42,397 nucleotides of DNA from a virus (Duplodnaviria; Caudoviricetes): positions 1-42,397 of IMG/VR virus record IMGVR_UViG_3300017777_001411; one strand, given 5' to 3'. Position numbers and translations under genes: made by a program. Numbering within the stretch: the stretch's first letter is position 1; each line of letters begins with the position of its first letter. This document shows, one piece after another, positions 1-9,000 of the stretch. Under the pieces are notes generated by a model. It was given only the letters and a program-made list of their open reading frames with translations. It was not told the DNA's origin and searched no databases.

Positions 1-92
1 AGATGGCGTTCAAAATAGAGTCAAACAGCGTTGGCACTCAGTGGCAGTTGGGTGTACCCCGAATTGATGTGCGTCCTGACGGCAGGAACTAA
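1..92 (+). CDS. 3' end of a tail/head-closure (P22 gp10-like stabilisation) protein, partial
   Basis: Frame from nt 3 reads MAFKIESNSVGTQWQLGVPRIDVRPDGRN-stop (TAA 90-92). It lies upstream of the internal-protein genes. The family call rests on recalled C-terminal pattern and synteny. Confidence 0.5.
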   Translation, partial: MAFKIESNSVGTQWQLGVPRIDVRPDGRN

Positions 93-94
93 CT

Positions 95-409
95 ATGTCC
101 ACAGGAACTACAAGAAGTCCGGCTTTACCACTTGCCCCTGTTGAATACCAGCGGGATTACATAGATACAGTTCATAACGTCCTGCGGCAGTATTTTGCTC
201 AATTAGATAACCCCGGATCTAGTGCCGCATCCACAAGCCGCCCTGATGCTAATACGGTAACAGCAGCCTTGAACTTCAGTCAGGTAAATCCCACTACGGG
301 ACTACGCGAAATAAGCTGCCCAACCAGTGTGGAGTACGCTGCGGGCAAGTTAAGGGCTGGGGACATCTATTACGACACAACGACATTTGCACTGAAGATC
401 GTGCCGTGA
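95..409 (+). CDS. small virion/tail-associated hypothetical protein
   Basis: 104-aa ORF starting 2 nt after the upstream stop; overlaps the next gene (GTGA). Confidence 0.6.
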   Translation: MSTGTTRSPALPLAPVEYQRDYIDTVHNVLRQYFAQLDNPGSSAASTSRPDANTVTAALNFSQVNPTTGLREISCPTSVEYAAGKLRAGDIYYDTTTFALKIVP

Positions 410-705
410 GAGAGACGCTGTACGAGGACGGGGATGTATGTTTTCTCTGCGACTATTTGGTTGACATCGGCAAGGTAGCACTGCACTTGAATATAACGCC
501 GGGAGTATGGTCACCCTCTAAGTTTAAGCGGTTCTATAACATATTTGTTAACGTGGTTGCGCCGGAGCTGAAGGCTAAAGGGTACAATGAAGTATATGCA
601 ACACCTTTTGAGAATGACGTAAAAGCGCGTAAACTTATCACAATGTTCGGATTACACGAGTATGGGCAAAACATGGGCCTCGTACTAATGAAGAAGGAGA
701 TTTAA
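406..705 (+). CDS. GNAT-fold-like protein (P22 gp14/T7 gp13 positional analogue)
   Basis: C-terminal KGYNEVYATPFENDVKARKLITMFGL resembles the GNAT C-terminal motif; lies directly upstream of a Gly/Ala-rich internal protein. Confidence 0.5.
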   Translation: MRETLYEDGDVCFLCDYLVDIGKVALHLNITPGVWSPSKFKRFYNIFVNVVAPELKAKGYNEVYATPFENDVKARKLITMFGLHEYGQNMGLVLMKKEI

Positions 706-706
706 C

Positions 707-2617
707 ATGCCTTTCATGCTTCCTGCCGCCGCTGCGACTACGGCTATTGGAACTGGTGCCGCTATTGGTGCTGGTGTTGGTGGATTGGGTGCTTTAGGAA
801 CTGGTTTAGCTGCGGGAGCTGCACTGGGTGGAGCTGGTGGCATTGCAGGGCTTATGGGCGGGCTAGGTGGAGCAGGTGCTTTAGTTCCGGGTGCGTTTGG
901 TGCTTTGGCTCCGGCTGCGGCGTCTACTATTGCTCCAGCGGCGGCATCTCAGCTTGCGGGTACTATTGGTGCTGCGGCTCCGGGTTTAACTGGCTCTGCC
1001 GCACAAACTATGGGATTGAACGCGCTCAAATCACAGGCTATAGGTACAGGCGTCCAAAACGCAGCGGCGCAGCAAGCGACTAATCTCGCCTTCCAAAATG
1101 CTGCTGCACAGAACATGGCGGGCGGTCTTGCAAACCCTATGGCACAAACGGGCGCAAAGTTCTTGGCTAACTCCCCATACCCTATTGCCGACCCAAATAA
1201 CCCTTTCCTGCGCTCATCCCTAGCAGAGGCTAAACCATACATTACGCACAACTCGGTAATAACAGACGCACCCAACGTGGCAGCACCGTCAGAACTGCTG
1301 AACACAGCCACTCGTAGCCCATACGATTTGTCCGCAGGGTTTAGACAGGGACTAGACCCAAGATTTGCCGGACAACAAAGCTTACAGGCAGCTACAGGCC
1401 CTACGGTAGATCCAACATCAATCGTAGGTAAAGGCATCCGCCCAAATCAAAACTTCTTACAGAACCTTGGCAATATCGGTTCGTTCCAAGACTTTAAGGA
1501 TTATACAGAAGCGCACCCTTACGCTACAGCAGGAATGGCAGGGCTTGGCATTATGGGAGCAAGAAAACTATTTGAGCAAAAAGGCGTTAAAGAACCTGAA
1601 TCTAACGCAATGATTCGCCCGTACACATATGACCGTTCCCAGCGTCCTGAAGCATATGCGGTTAGCCCGACGCAGGATTCTAGCGAGCGTTTGTATTTTA
1701 ACGATCAATTTAATGCTGGCGAGCCATATAAAGCCGCAGGTGGTGGTATTGTGAGTTTGGCTGTTGGCGGTCCGGTTGAGCAAATGGCAACAATGAATGC
1801 TGTTGGGGCTAATACTGGCTACCCTATGGCAAACTTGCAAACGCCTATGTACTCCAACCCAGCTATGCAGCGCCCAGAAGCAACTAATGTAATAGCACCG
1901 TCGGCGGATGCTGGTGTGGGTACTTATACTGGCGAGGCACGGTTTGCGGGTGGTGGAGAAACTCAGTACGGTGTTAAGTCCAACCCCGGCTATGTAAACC
2001 CTGAGAATCAAACACGTAGCCAACTTGCAGGCGGTATGAGACCAACTGCGCCAACTGCGCCACTACCCAAGTACTCGTATGACCCAAAGACCATGCAGTT
2101 TACACAGACCGTAGGGGGTAATAGCGTAACTGGTGGTATAGCGCAGCCTGCTATGGGTATGATGCAAGCGCAACCTCAGTCCCAACCACAGCGCCCCGCA
2201 ACCTCCATAAACATCCCTGCGTACCAAACGCCTGAACAGCAGCTCGGTCTCGGTGGGTTTTATGACATGATGAATCAGCAATTGGGTGGTTATGGTGGCT
2301 ATCAAGGGTATGCTGCGGGAGGTGGGGTTTCACATCTTGGTGACTACTCTGATGGTGGTCGGCTTTTAAAAGGACCCGGTGATGGTGTTTCTGATTCTAT
2401 CCCTGCTTCTATTGGTGATCGCCAGCCTGCCCGTCTTGCTGATGGAGAATTTGTCGTGCCTGCCCGTATTGTTTCGGAGCTGGGCAACGGCAGTACTGAA
2501 GCGGGTGCGCGAAAGCTTTACGCGATGATGGATCGGGTGCAAAAAGGCCGTGGTAAGTCTGTAGGTAAAGGTAAAGTCGCGGTGAATAGCAAAGCTGACA
2601 AGTATTTACCTGCGTAA
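707..2617 (+). CDS. internal virion/ejection protein, Gly/Ala-rich hydrophobic N-terminus
   Basis: SD AAGGAG upstream. Low-complexity sequence with several AxGG motifs. C-terminal GPGDGVSDSIPA...LADGEFVVPA resembles a motif seen at phage tape-measure C-termini. Confidence 0.65.
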   Translation: MPFMLPAAAATTAIGTGAAIGAGVGGLGALGTGLAAGAALGGAGGIAGLMGGLGGAGALVPGAFGALAPAAASTIAPAAASQLAGTIGAAAPGLTGSAAQTMGLNALKSQAIGTGVQNAAAQQATNLAFQNAAAQNMAGGLANPMAQTGAKFLANSPYPIADPNNPFLRSSLAEAKPYITHNSVITDAPNVAAPSELLNTATRSPYDLSAGFRQGLDPRFAGQQSLQAATGPTVDPTSIVGKGIRPNQNFLQNLGNIGSFQDFKDYTEAHPYATAGMAGLGIMGARKLFEQKGVKEPESNAMIRPYTYDRSQRPEAYAVSPTQDSSERLYFNDQFNAGEPYKAAGGGIVSLAVGGPVEQMATMNAVGANTGYPMANLQTPMYSNPAMQRPEATNVIAPSADAGVGTYTGEARFAGGGETQYGVKSNPGYVNPENQTRSQLAGGMRPTAPTAPLPKYSYDPKTMQFTQTVGGNSVTGGIAQPAMGMMQAQPQSQPQRPATSINIPAYQTPEQQLGLGGFYDMMNQQLGGYGGYQGYAAGGGVSHLGDYSDGGRLLKGPGDGVSDSIPASIGDRQPARLADGEFVVPARIVSELGNGSTEAGARKLYAMMDRVQKGRGKSVGKGKVAVNSKADKYLPA

Positions 2618-2619
2618 AG

Positions 2620-3027
2620 ATGGCACTATATCAAATTACCCCTATGCAATTACCCCAAGTCTGGGGTGTTGTTGCCCCTATGTTGCAACGTGCGATTGAT
2701 CTTGACCCTGAATTAATTACGATTGAGCAAGTTGAGTATGCAGTTCGCACGGGGCGTACTTATTTGCTAATCTGGGATGAACCAGATGAAGGTATTACTG
2801 GTGCTGTAACAGTAGACATTATTGACTATCCACGCGAGCGTGTAGCGCATGTGAATTTGATGGGTGGCAAAGGTATTGTTCGCCCGCATGTATATGACGA
2901 AGCAAAGAATTGGATGCGCCTAATGGGCGCAACAACCACACAATGCTGGGCTAAAGGAACTCTAGTCCAAATGTACGAAAAAATGGGTATGACCAACACC
3001 CATCAGGTGATGAGGGAAACACTATGA
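2620..3027 (+). CDS. second GNAT-fold-like protein
   Basis: ...AHVNLMGGKG...AKNWMRLMGATTTQCWAKGTLVQMYEKMGM is GNAT-like; overlaps the next gene (ATGA). Confidence 0.5.
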   Translation: MALYQITPMQLPQVWGVVAPMLQRAIDLDPELITIEQVEYAVRTGRTYLLIWDEPDEGITGAVTVDIIDYPRERVAHVNLMGGKGIVRPHVYDEAKNWMRLMGATTTQCWAKGTLVQMYEKMGMTNTHQVMRETL

Positions 3028-4031
3028 TTATCCGCAATAAGTTTAACGGCTATGCCGGTGATGGTACTAGACTCTATCCGGGTGGTGGCGGGCAAAGTAG
3101 TCAACCTACTAGTACCACGCAATCTACAACAACGATTCCTGAGTACGCTCGTCCGTATGTAGAACGTATGTTGGGTAAGGCAGAAGCGTTTTCGGAAACT
3201 CCATATCAGGCTTACGGTGGCCAGCGGGTAGCTGATTTTAACCCTATGCAACAACAAGCCTTCCAAGGCGCGGCTAATCTTGGTCCAGCAAAACAAATTG
3301 GTGTGGGTACGCAGCTTGCTGGAATGGGTGGACTTGGTAGTCTCGGTGCAGGTCAGCAGTACGCACAACAGGCTACAAACCCCTACGCTATGCAGTCGTA
3401 CATGTCGCCGTATATGGAAAACGCGTTGGCTCCACAGCTAAGAGAAGCTGCACGATCCTCGGCAATCCAAGGTCAACAGAACGACGCTCAAGCCGTACAG
3501 CGTGGTGCGTTTGGTGGGTCCCGCTCGGCTATTATAGAAGCTGAACGCCAACGTAATCTTGCGCAACAACAGGGTGATATCTACGGTCGGGGTATGCAGT
3601 CCGCGTTTGATTCGGCGCGTCAGGCACAACAGTTTGGTGCCGATTTGGGACTTCGTGGTTACGGCCAAGCCGGACAGATGGCAAGTACTCTGGGGCAGTT
3701 GGGGCAGACTCAGTTCGGCCAGCAACAAGGAGCAATGCAAGCCCAACTATCAGCGGGTGCTCAACAGCAGGCGCAAGAGCAGCAAGGACTCACTCAAGCC
3801 TATCAAGACTTCTTGTCTCAACGCGGTTACCCACAACAGCAGTTGTCGTTCATGTCGGATATCTTGCGCGGTGTGCCGCTGGGTCAGCAGACTCAGGTTC
3901 AATATCAGGCACCACCTTCTATGGCGTCTCAAGTTGCTGGTTTAGGTATGGCGGGATACGGTGCGTACAAAATGTTTGGCGCTAAAGACGGTGGCCTTAT
4001 GGAATTGGCCATGAAGAAAATGGAGAGTTAA
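3024..4031 (+). CDS. DNA-transfer/ejection protein (P22 gp7-like organisation)
   Basis: Short leader, then GGGG and an S/T-rich segment, a Gln/Gly/Ala-rich body with GAFGGSR, and a hydrophobic C-terminal helix. Confidence 0.65.
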   Translation: MIIRNKFNGYAGDGTRLYPGGGGQSSQPTSTTQSTTTIPEYARPYVERMLGKAEAFSETPYQAYGGQRVADFNPMQQQAFQGAANLGPAKQIGVGTQLAGMGGLGSLGAGQQYAQQATNPYAMQSYMSPYMENALAPQLREAARSSAIQGQQNDAQAVQRGAFGGSRSAIIEAERQRNLAQQQGDIYGRGMQSAFDSARQAQQFGADLGLRGYGQAGQMASTLGQLGQTQFGQQQGAMQAQLSAGAQQQAQEQQGLTQAYQDFLSQRGYPQQQLSFMSDILRGVPLGQQTQVQYQAPPSMASQVAGLGMAGYGAYKMFGAKDGGLMELAMKKMES

Positions 4032-6080
4032 ATGAAACCAATGTCCCTTACTTCTCCGGAGTCTATTGCTCGTGAATACGGCGGTAATAAAAAAGCAATC
4101 GCCGACGCTGCTCGCATGGGTTTGGTTGATCCTACTGCCGCTGTTATGGCAGGGATGTTTATCGACCGTATGCGTAGTGCTGCATCAGAAGAGCAAAAGC
4201 CCGACACTACTGTAGCCCAAGACGTTTTTGGTATGCCTACTGCGCCACAACCACAGCAAACTGCGCCACGGCCTCAACCACAAATGCCTCAGATGCCACA
4301 ACCGCAGGGTATTCCCGGCGCTCAGATGGCTGCTGCCCAACCTCGCATGGCTCCCGGTGTCGAAGGGCTTCCTACTGGTGACGTAGGTAACTACGCTGGT
4401 GGCGGTATTGTGGCGTTTGCCGAAGGTATGACGGACGAACAAGCTCAGGCATTAGGGTATTCCAACGCCGCAGAGTATTACGCATTTCAAGATACTAGAG
4501 GTAACGCATCAGGTGAAGTAATGGCTGTTCCAGTTGATAGTGGTATAGAAATTAATAGACCAGCCCCCGAGTTTGGGAGAAGGTCGTCAATAGAAGAACT
4601 TGACTATGGAAGGCTTAGTCCTGAAGAACGTATTCAGCGTCGTATCGATGGATATATGCCAAACAAGGGGGTAAATACTTTATTTAATCAACTTGCCAGC
4701 CATCGTGCAAAAAGGGGAGTTAGTGACCCAGAGTTTTATACGTCCACACCATTTAATAGACTTAGCGACGACATTTCTAGAAAAAAAGTTTCTAGAGGCC
4801 TTGACCTATCTAATCGGGCTGCACCTGATGCTGCGGCAAATCCACCTCAAACCAGATCCGATCTTCCTCCATTAGTTGCGGCAAAACCTGAAGCTGCTGC
4901 TCCTAAACCTAGAGTTGATGCGTATAACCTACAAACTCCTGATGTTGAAGCTAATCTTGCTCAGGCAAAACGGCAAGTTGATAGCCTTATAAAAGTTCCA
5001 CCAGAAGAAAGCCAAGCCGACGCTATTACAGCAACTAAGAACTTGTATAGGGAAATGGGTGTAGACCCCGATATATATAAAAAGCAATCCACAAAGCTTG
5101 AAGAAGAACGCATGGGCTTAAAAGCCGACAAGGAAGAAGCTAAGTACTCTCGTCTTATTGAAGCGGGTCTTGGTATCCTAGGAGGTACGTCTCCGTTTGC
5201 GGCTGTTAATATTGGCCAAGGTGCAAGCCCTGCAATGAAAGGCTTTGCGCAAGATATTAAAGATGTTAAGAAAGCTGACCGTGAGCTTAACCGTGCAAAA
5301 ATGGCATTAGAGACTACTGAGAATCAATTTAAGATTGACCAGTCTAAATCGGTGCAGGGGCGCATGGAGAAGAATCAAGAACGTGTGGACAAAGCACAGC
5401 AAACTCGTGCTACTGCTGCGGCTACGCTTGGAGCGTCTATAAATACTCTGACCGGCTCTCAGTACGACGCACAACTCAGAGATCTCACAAGCAGATTTAC
5501 TTCGGAAAGACAACTTGAAGGTACTAGATATAGCGCGGACAAGCAGCTTCAAGGGTCATTAGCTTACGCCGGAGCGACACGGTACTCTGCTGATAGAGAA
5601 GAGCGGATGATCCAACGTATTATGAAAGATAAGAATGTAGACTACTACACAGCTTATGGGATGATATACGACCAACGTCATCGAGATCCTGACCGCTATA
5701 ACTCGTTACGTACTGCTGTAAATAAAGCCGACTCTGATTTTACAAACACTCCGTTTGCAATGCAGAAGAGTAACGATCTTGCTAAACTTGATCCCAAAAA
5801 AGAATCTGATAAAGCAAAGATTGCAAAAATACAATCTGAGTTAAATGACGCTAGAGAAAGATTCCGAGTAGATCGTGGTATTACTAAAGAGTCGCTAGAT
5901 TACCTTAGAAATGAAGATATAAGATTACGCAATCAAACTAATCAGTCCGGTGGAAATCCGTCTAGTTCAATACCCCCCGGTGCGGTTGCGGATTTAAAGG
6001 CAAACCCTACCGCGCAAACGAAAGCGCAGTTTGATGCTATCTTTGGTCCCGGAGCAGCAGATAGAGCATTAGGACAATAA
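4032..6080 (+). CDS. internal virion/ejection protein, coiled-coil
   Basis: 682-aa ORF abutting its neighbours; Pro/Gln linker, YAGGGIVAFAEG motif, helical body, TRYSAD repeats. Confidence 0.65.
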   Translation: MKPMSLTSPESIAREYGGNKKAIADAARMGLVDPTAAVMAGMFIDRMRSAASEEQKPDTTVAQDVFGMPTAPQPQQTAPRPQPQMPQMPQPQGIPGAQMAAAQPRMAPGVEGLPTGDVGNYAGGGIVAFAEGMTDEQAQALGYSNAAEYYAFQDTRGNASGEVMAVPVDSGIEINRPAPEFGRRSSIEELDYGRLSPEERIQRRIDGYMPNKGVNTLFNQLASHRAKRGVSDPEFYTSTPFNRLSDDISRKKVSRGLDLSNRAAPDAAANPPQTRSDLPPLVAAKPEAAAPKPRVDAYNLQTPDVEANLAQAKRQVDSLIKVPPEESQADAITATKNLYREMGVDPDIYKKQSTKLEEERMGLKADKEEAKYSRLIEAGLGILGGTSPFAAVNIGQGASPAMKGFAQDIKDVKKADRELNRAKMALETTENQFKIDQSKSVQGRMEKNQERVDKAQQTRATAAATLGASINTLTGSQYDAQLRDLTSRFTSERQLEGTRYSADKQLQGSLAYAGATRYSADREERMIQRIMKDKNVDYYTAYGMIYDQRHRDPDRYNSLRTAVNKADSDFTNTPFAMQKSNDLAKLDPKKESDKAKIAKIQSELNDARERFRVDRGITKESLDYLRNEDIRLRNQTNQSGGNPSSSIPPGAVADLKANPTAQTKAQFDAIFGPGAADRALGQ

Positions 6081-6081
6081 T

Positions 6082-9000
6082 ATGGCAAACCCATTCGCAA
6101 AGTACGCACAGCCTCAACAAGAGGAACAAAACCCTTTTGCGAAGTATGCCGCCCCACAACCTCCGGCAGCACCGCCGGAGGAACAAAACCCTTTTGCAAA
6201 GTACGCCCCCGCCCCTGTAGTTACTTCAGGGCCAAACCCGTTTGCTGTTGAAGGTGCGCCTACCGAAGCGCCAGTAGAGAAGTCTAGTCTGTATGAGCTT
6301 CCTAAAGCTCTCGTGCGGGAGACAATCAACCTTAAGGGAATGTACGCAGGTAACTTACAACGCCAAGCTGCACTTGGTATGCAGGTGCCTGAGCTTGCAT
6401 TGCAAACACTCAACAAAATTGACGCAGGTGAAATCAAAAGCGCAAAAGAACTACATGGTGTTTTAGGAACTAGAAAATTACCTAACGCCGAAGAAATGCT
6501 TACAGGTAGAGAAACTGCGCAGGTAAATCTTAGAGCTTTTGATGCGGCAAATGATTACCTTAAAGCATCTCCTGAAGAGCGTAAAGCCATTCGTACTCAG
6601 CTACAAACACAGTTGCAAGAGCAAGCCAAATCTTTGTCCGAAGCAGTTGAGTTAGGGCAAGAAACCAAAAAACAAGCCGCACCGTATGAAGCTAGGGTAA
6701 AAAGCCTATTTGACATTAAGGACATACCTGATGCCCTTAGCTATGTAGGCTCTACTGTTGGCGGCGCATTCCCACAGGTTGTGCCTATGATTGCTGCGGG
6801 GGTTTTAACTCGTGGCAATATTGTCGGCCCCGTTGCCGTTGGCGGGGGGATGGAGCTTGGTGCGGGTACGCAAACCCGTGTTGACTTTATTGCCGACAAG
6901 ATTAAAGACGAGCCTAGCCCAGAGAAACGTGTCGCACAAATTTCTAAATATATACAAGATACCGCCGACGTAACAATTACCGCCGCTATTATTAATGGCG
7001 CTCTTGATGCGATTCTTGGGCCAGAAAAAGATATTGCTAAAGCACTGGCGGCGAACACACTCAAAGACTTGACCCGCAAAGAGATAATCAAAGCGATACC
7101 CAAAGCTGCGGCTTCAAGCGGGGCGCAAGAGTTCCTTACCGGTGGCCTACAAGAGATTGTGCAAATCAACGCCGAACGCCAACTTGGCGAACAAACCGGC
7201 GACGCGTTTACCAAAGAAAATATTGCGCGAGTGGTGGACTCGGCTATGGCCGAAGCCCTTGGTGGTGCAGGGGTTACAACTGCTTTTCAGGCGAGCCGCG
7301 CTGCATTTGCCAAGCCCGCTGTTGCTGCTACGGACACCAAAGAAGGTAAAGCTATCCGTGGGTTGGATGCCCTTGCAGAGCAGGAAGAAAAGACTAAAGC
7401 CGCTGCCGAGGATACTACATCTACCCCACCTCCCGCTGCACGTACCGTAGAGAATCTGACAGATCGAGAAGTAACTTCTATCCAACGTCGGTTGTTTGCA
7501 GAACTTGGTAGACCAGCAGAAGAATCGGAACTTCTGGAGGCATTCAATGAATATGTGGCTGAACAAAACGCGGGTCTGGGAATTGAGTCCGGAGCTAGTG
7601 TCGCTGGCATTTCTGATACTGGTGCAGAACAACCAGCCGGAACCGCCGGGATTTCCGATACCGGAGCCGCTGCAACATCTGACACCGGAGGATTGGGGAC
7701 ATCTGGAGTTTCTACTGATCAGCTTACGGATAGAACAACAGCGCAGCCTAGTACATTAGATGAAGCGGTTGATGCTTTTAGAGAAGCGGACGATGTTCGC
7801 CAAAGCACGCTTGAAGAATTAAATAAACTCCGTTCGGCGGTTGAAGATCTTGGGTATGAGGTTGAAGATCTTGGGTATGAAGAAGACCAAGACGGGCTTA
7901 ATGCTATGTTGACGGCAGCAAAAGCCAGATTTAACGAAGCCAGTGCGGCTGCGGACGCTGCATATAACATTTACGAACAATTTTCCAACCAAGCTATTGA
8001 GTCCACTGAAGGCATCCCCTCCCAAGAAGATGTAGAAGCAGCCCAGCCGAAGTCGGAAGAAGTTTTGGATGCGGAAGCATTATTTGAAGCACAGCGGCAA
8101 GGTGACTACCAAGATGCAATAAACGCTGGGTATGACGAACTAGATCAGCAAGAACAAGGAATACAAGAAACCCCTGCTACCGACGTTGCTGCGTTAGAAA
8201 CAGAAGAACGTGCGCGTAATGATGAATTTAGACGTATCGAGGGGGAACAAAAAGCCTTGCTGACTAAAGCTGGGCGTATTCCAGCAAAGAACTCTCCTGC
8301 TCGTAAAAAGTATGATGAATTAGAAAAGCAGCGTATAGAAGCATATTGGAATTGGACTGCGTCGGAAAAGAAATTGATGGACGCAAAAACAGCCCAAGAG
8401 ACTGGGGTTAACATCGACCAAGTAATTGCGGAAAACGTACAGGAATTTATTGATGCTTACCCAGACTCAGACTATGAAGTTGCAGACTACGATGCGCAGG
8501 TTACAAAGCTACAAACAGCACTCCGTAGTCTAGGCGTAACTGATAACAAAATATTAAAAAGTGCGGCTGTTAAATTTGACGAAGTTTTAATGTCAAAAGA
8601 AAACGACGGCGGGGGGATATTTAAGAGCCTTTCCAGCAGTCTAACTACAGCGGTTTCTCCGCTTGTCGGAATTTTGCCACTTAACAAATTTGGTATTAAC
8701 CGTCTTAACAAATTGTTTAACGACGGAAAAATTACGGCGCAAGAATACGCCGAAAGAATGACCAAACTTTTTGAGGACATGGAGGACAAAGCCACTAAAA
8801 AGGCTATGACTCAAGGATTTAATAGACAGCGTGGATTCGGTACCGTTATCAAAGCATTAGAGGATGCGGCTAAGAAAGGTCGTATCACCCCTGAGACTGC
8901 TAAGTTTGCTATCTGGCTACTCACTAAAAACCCTGCTATTGCTAATGACCTAGCAATATCTATCAGTATGCCCAAGTCAGCACGGTTCAGAGAATCGATG

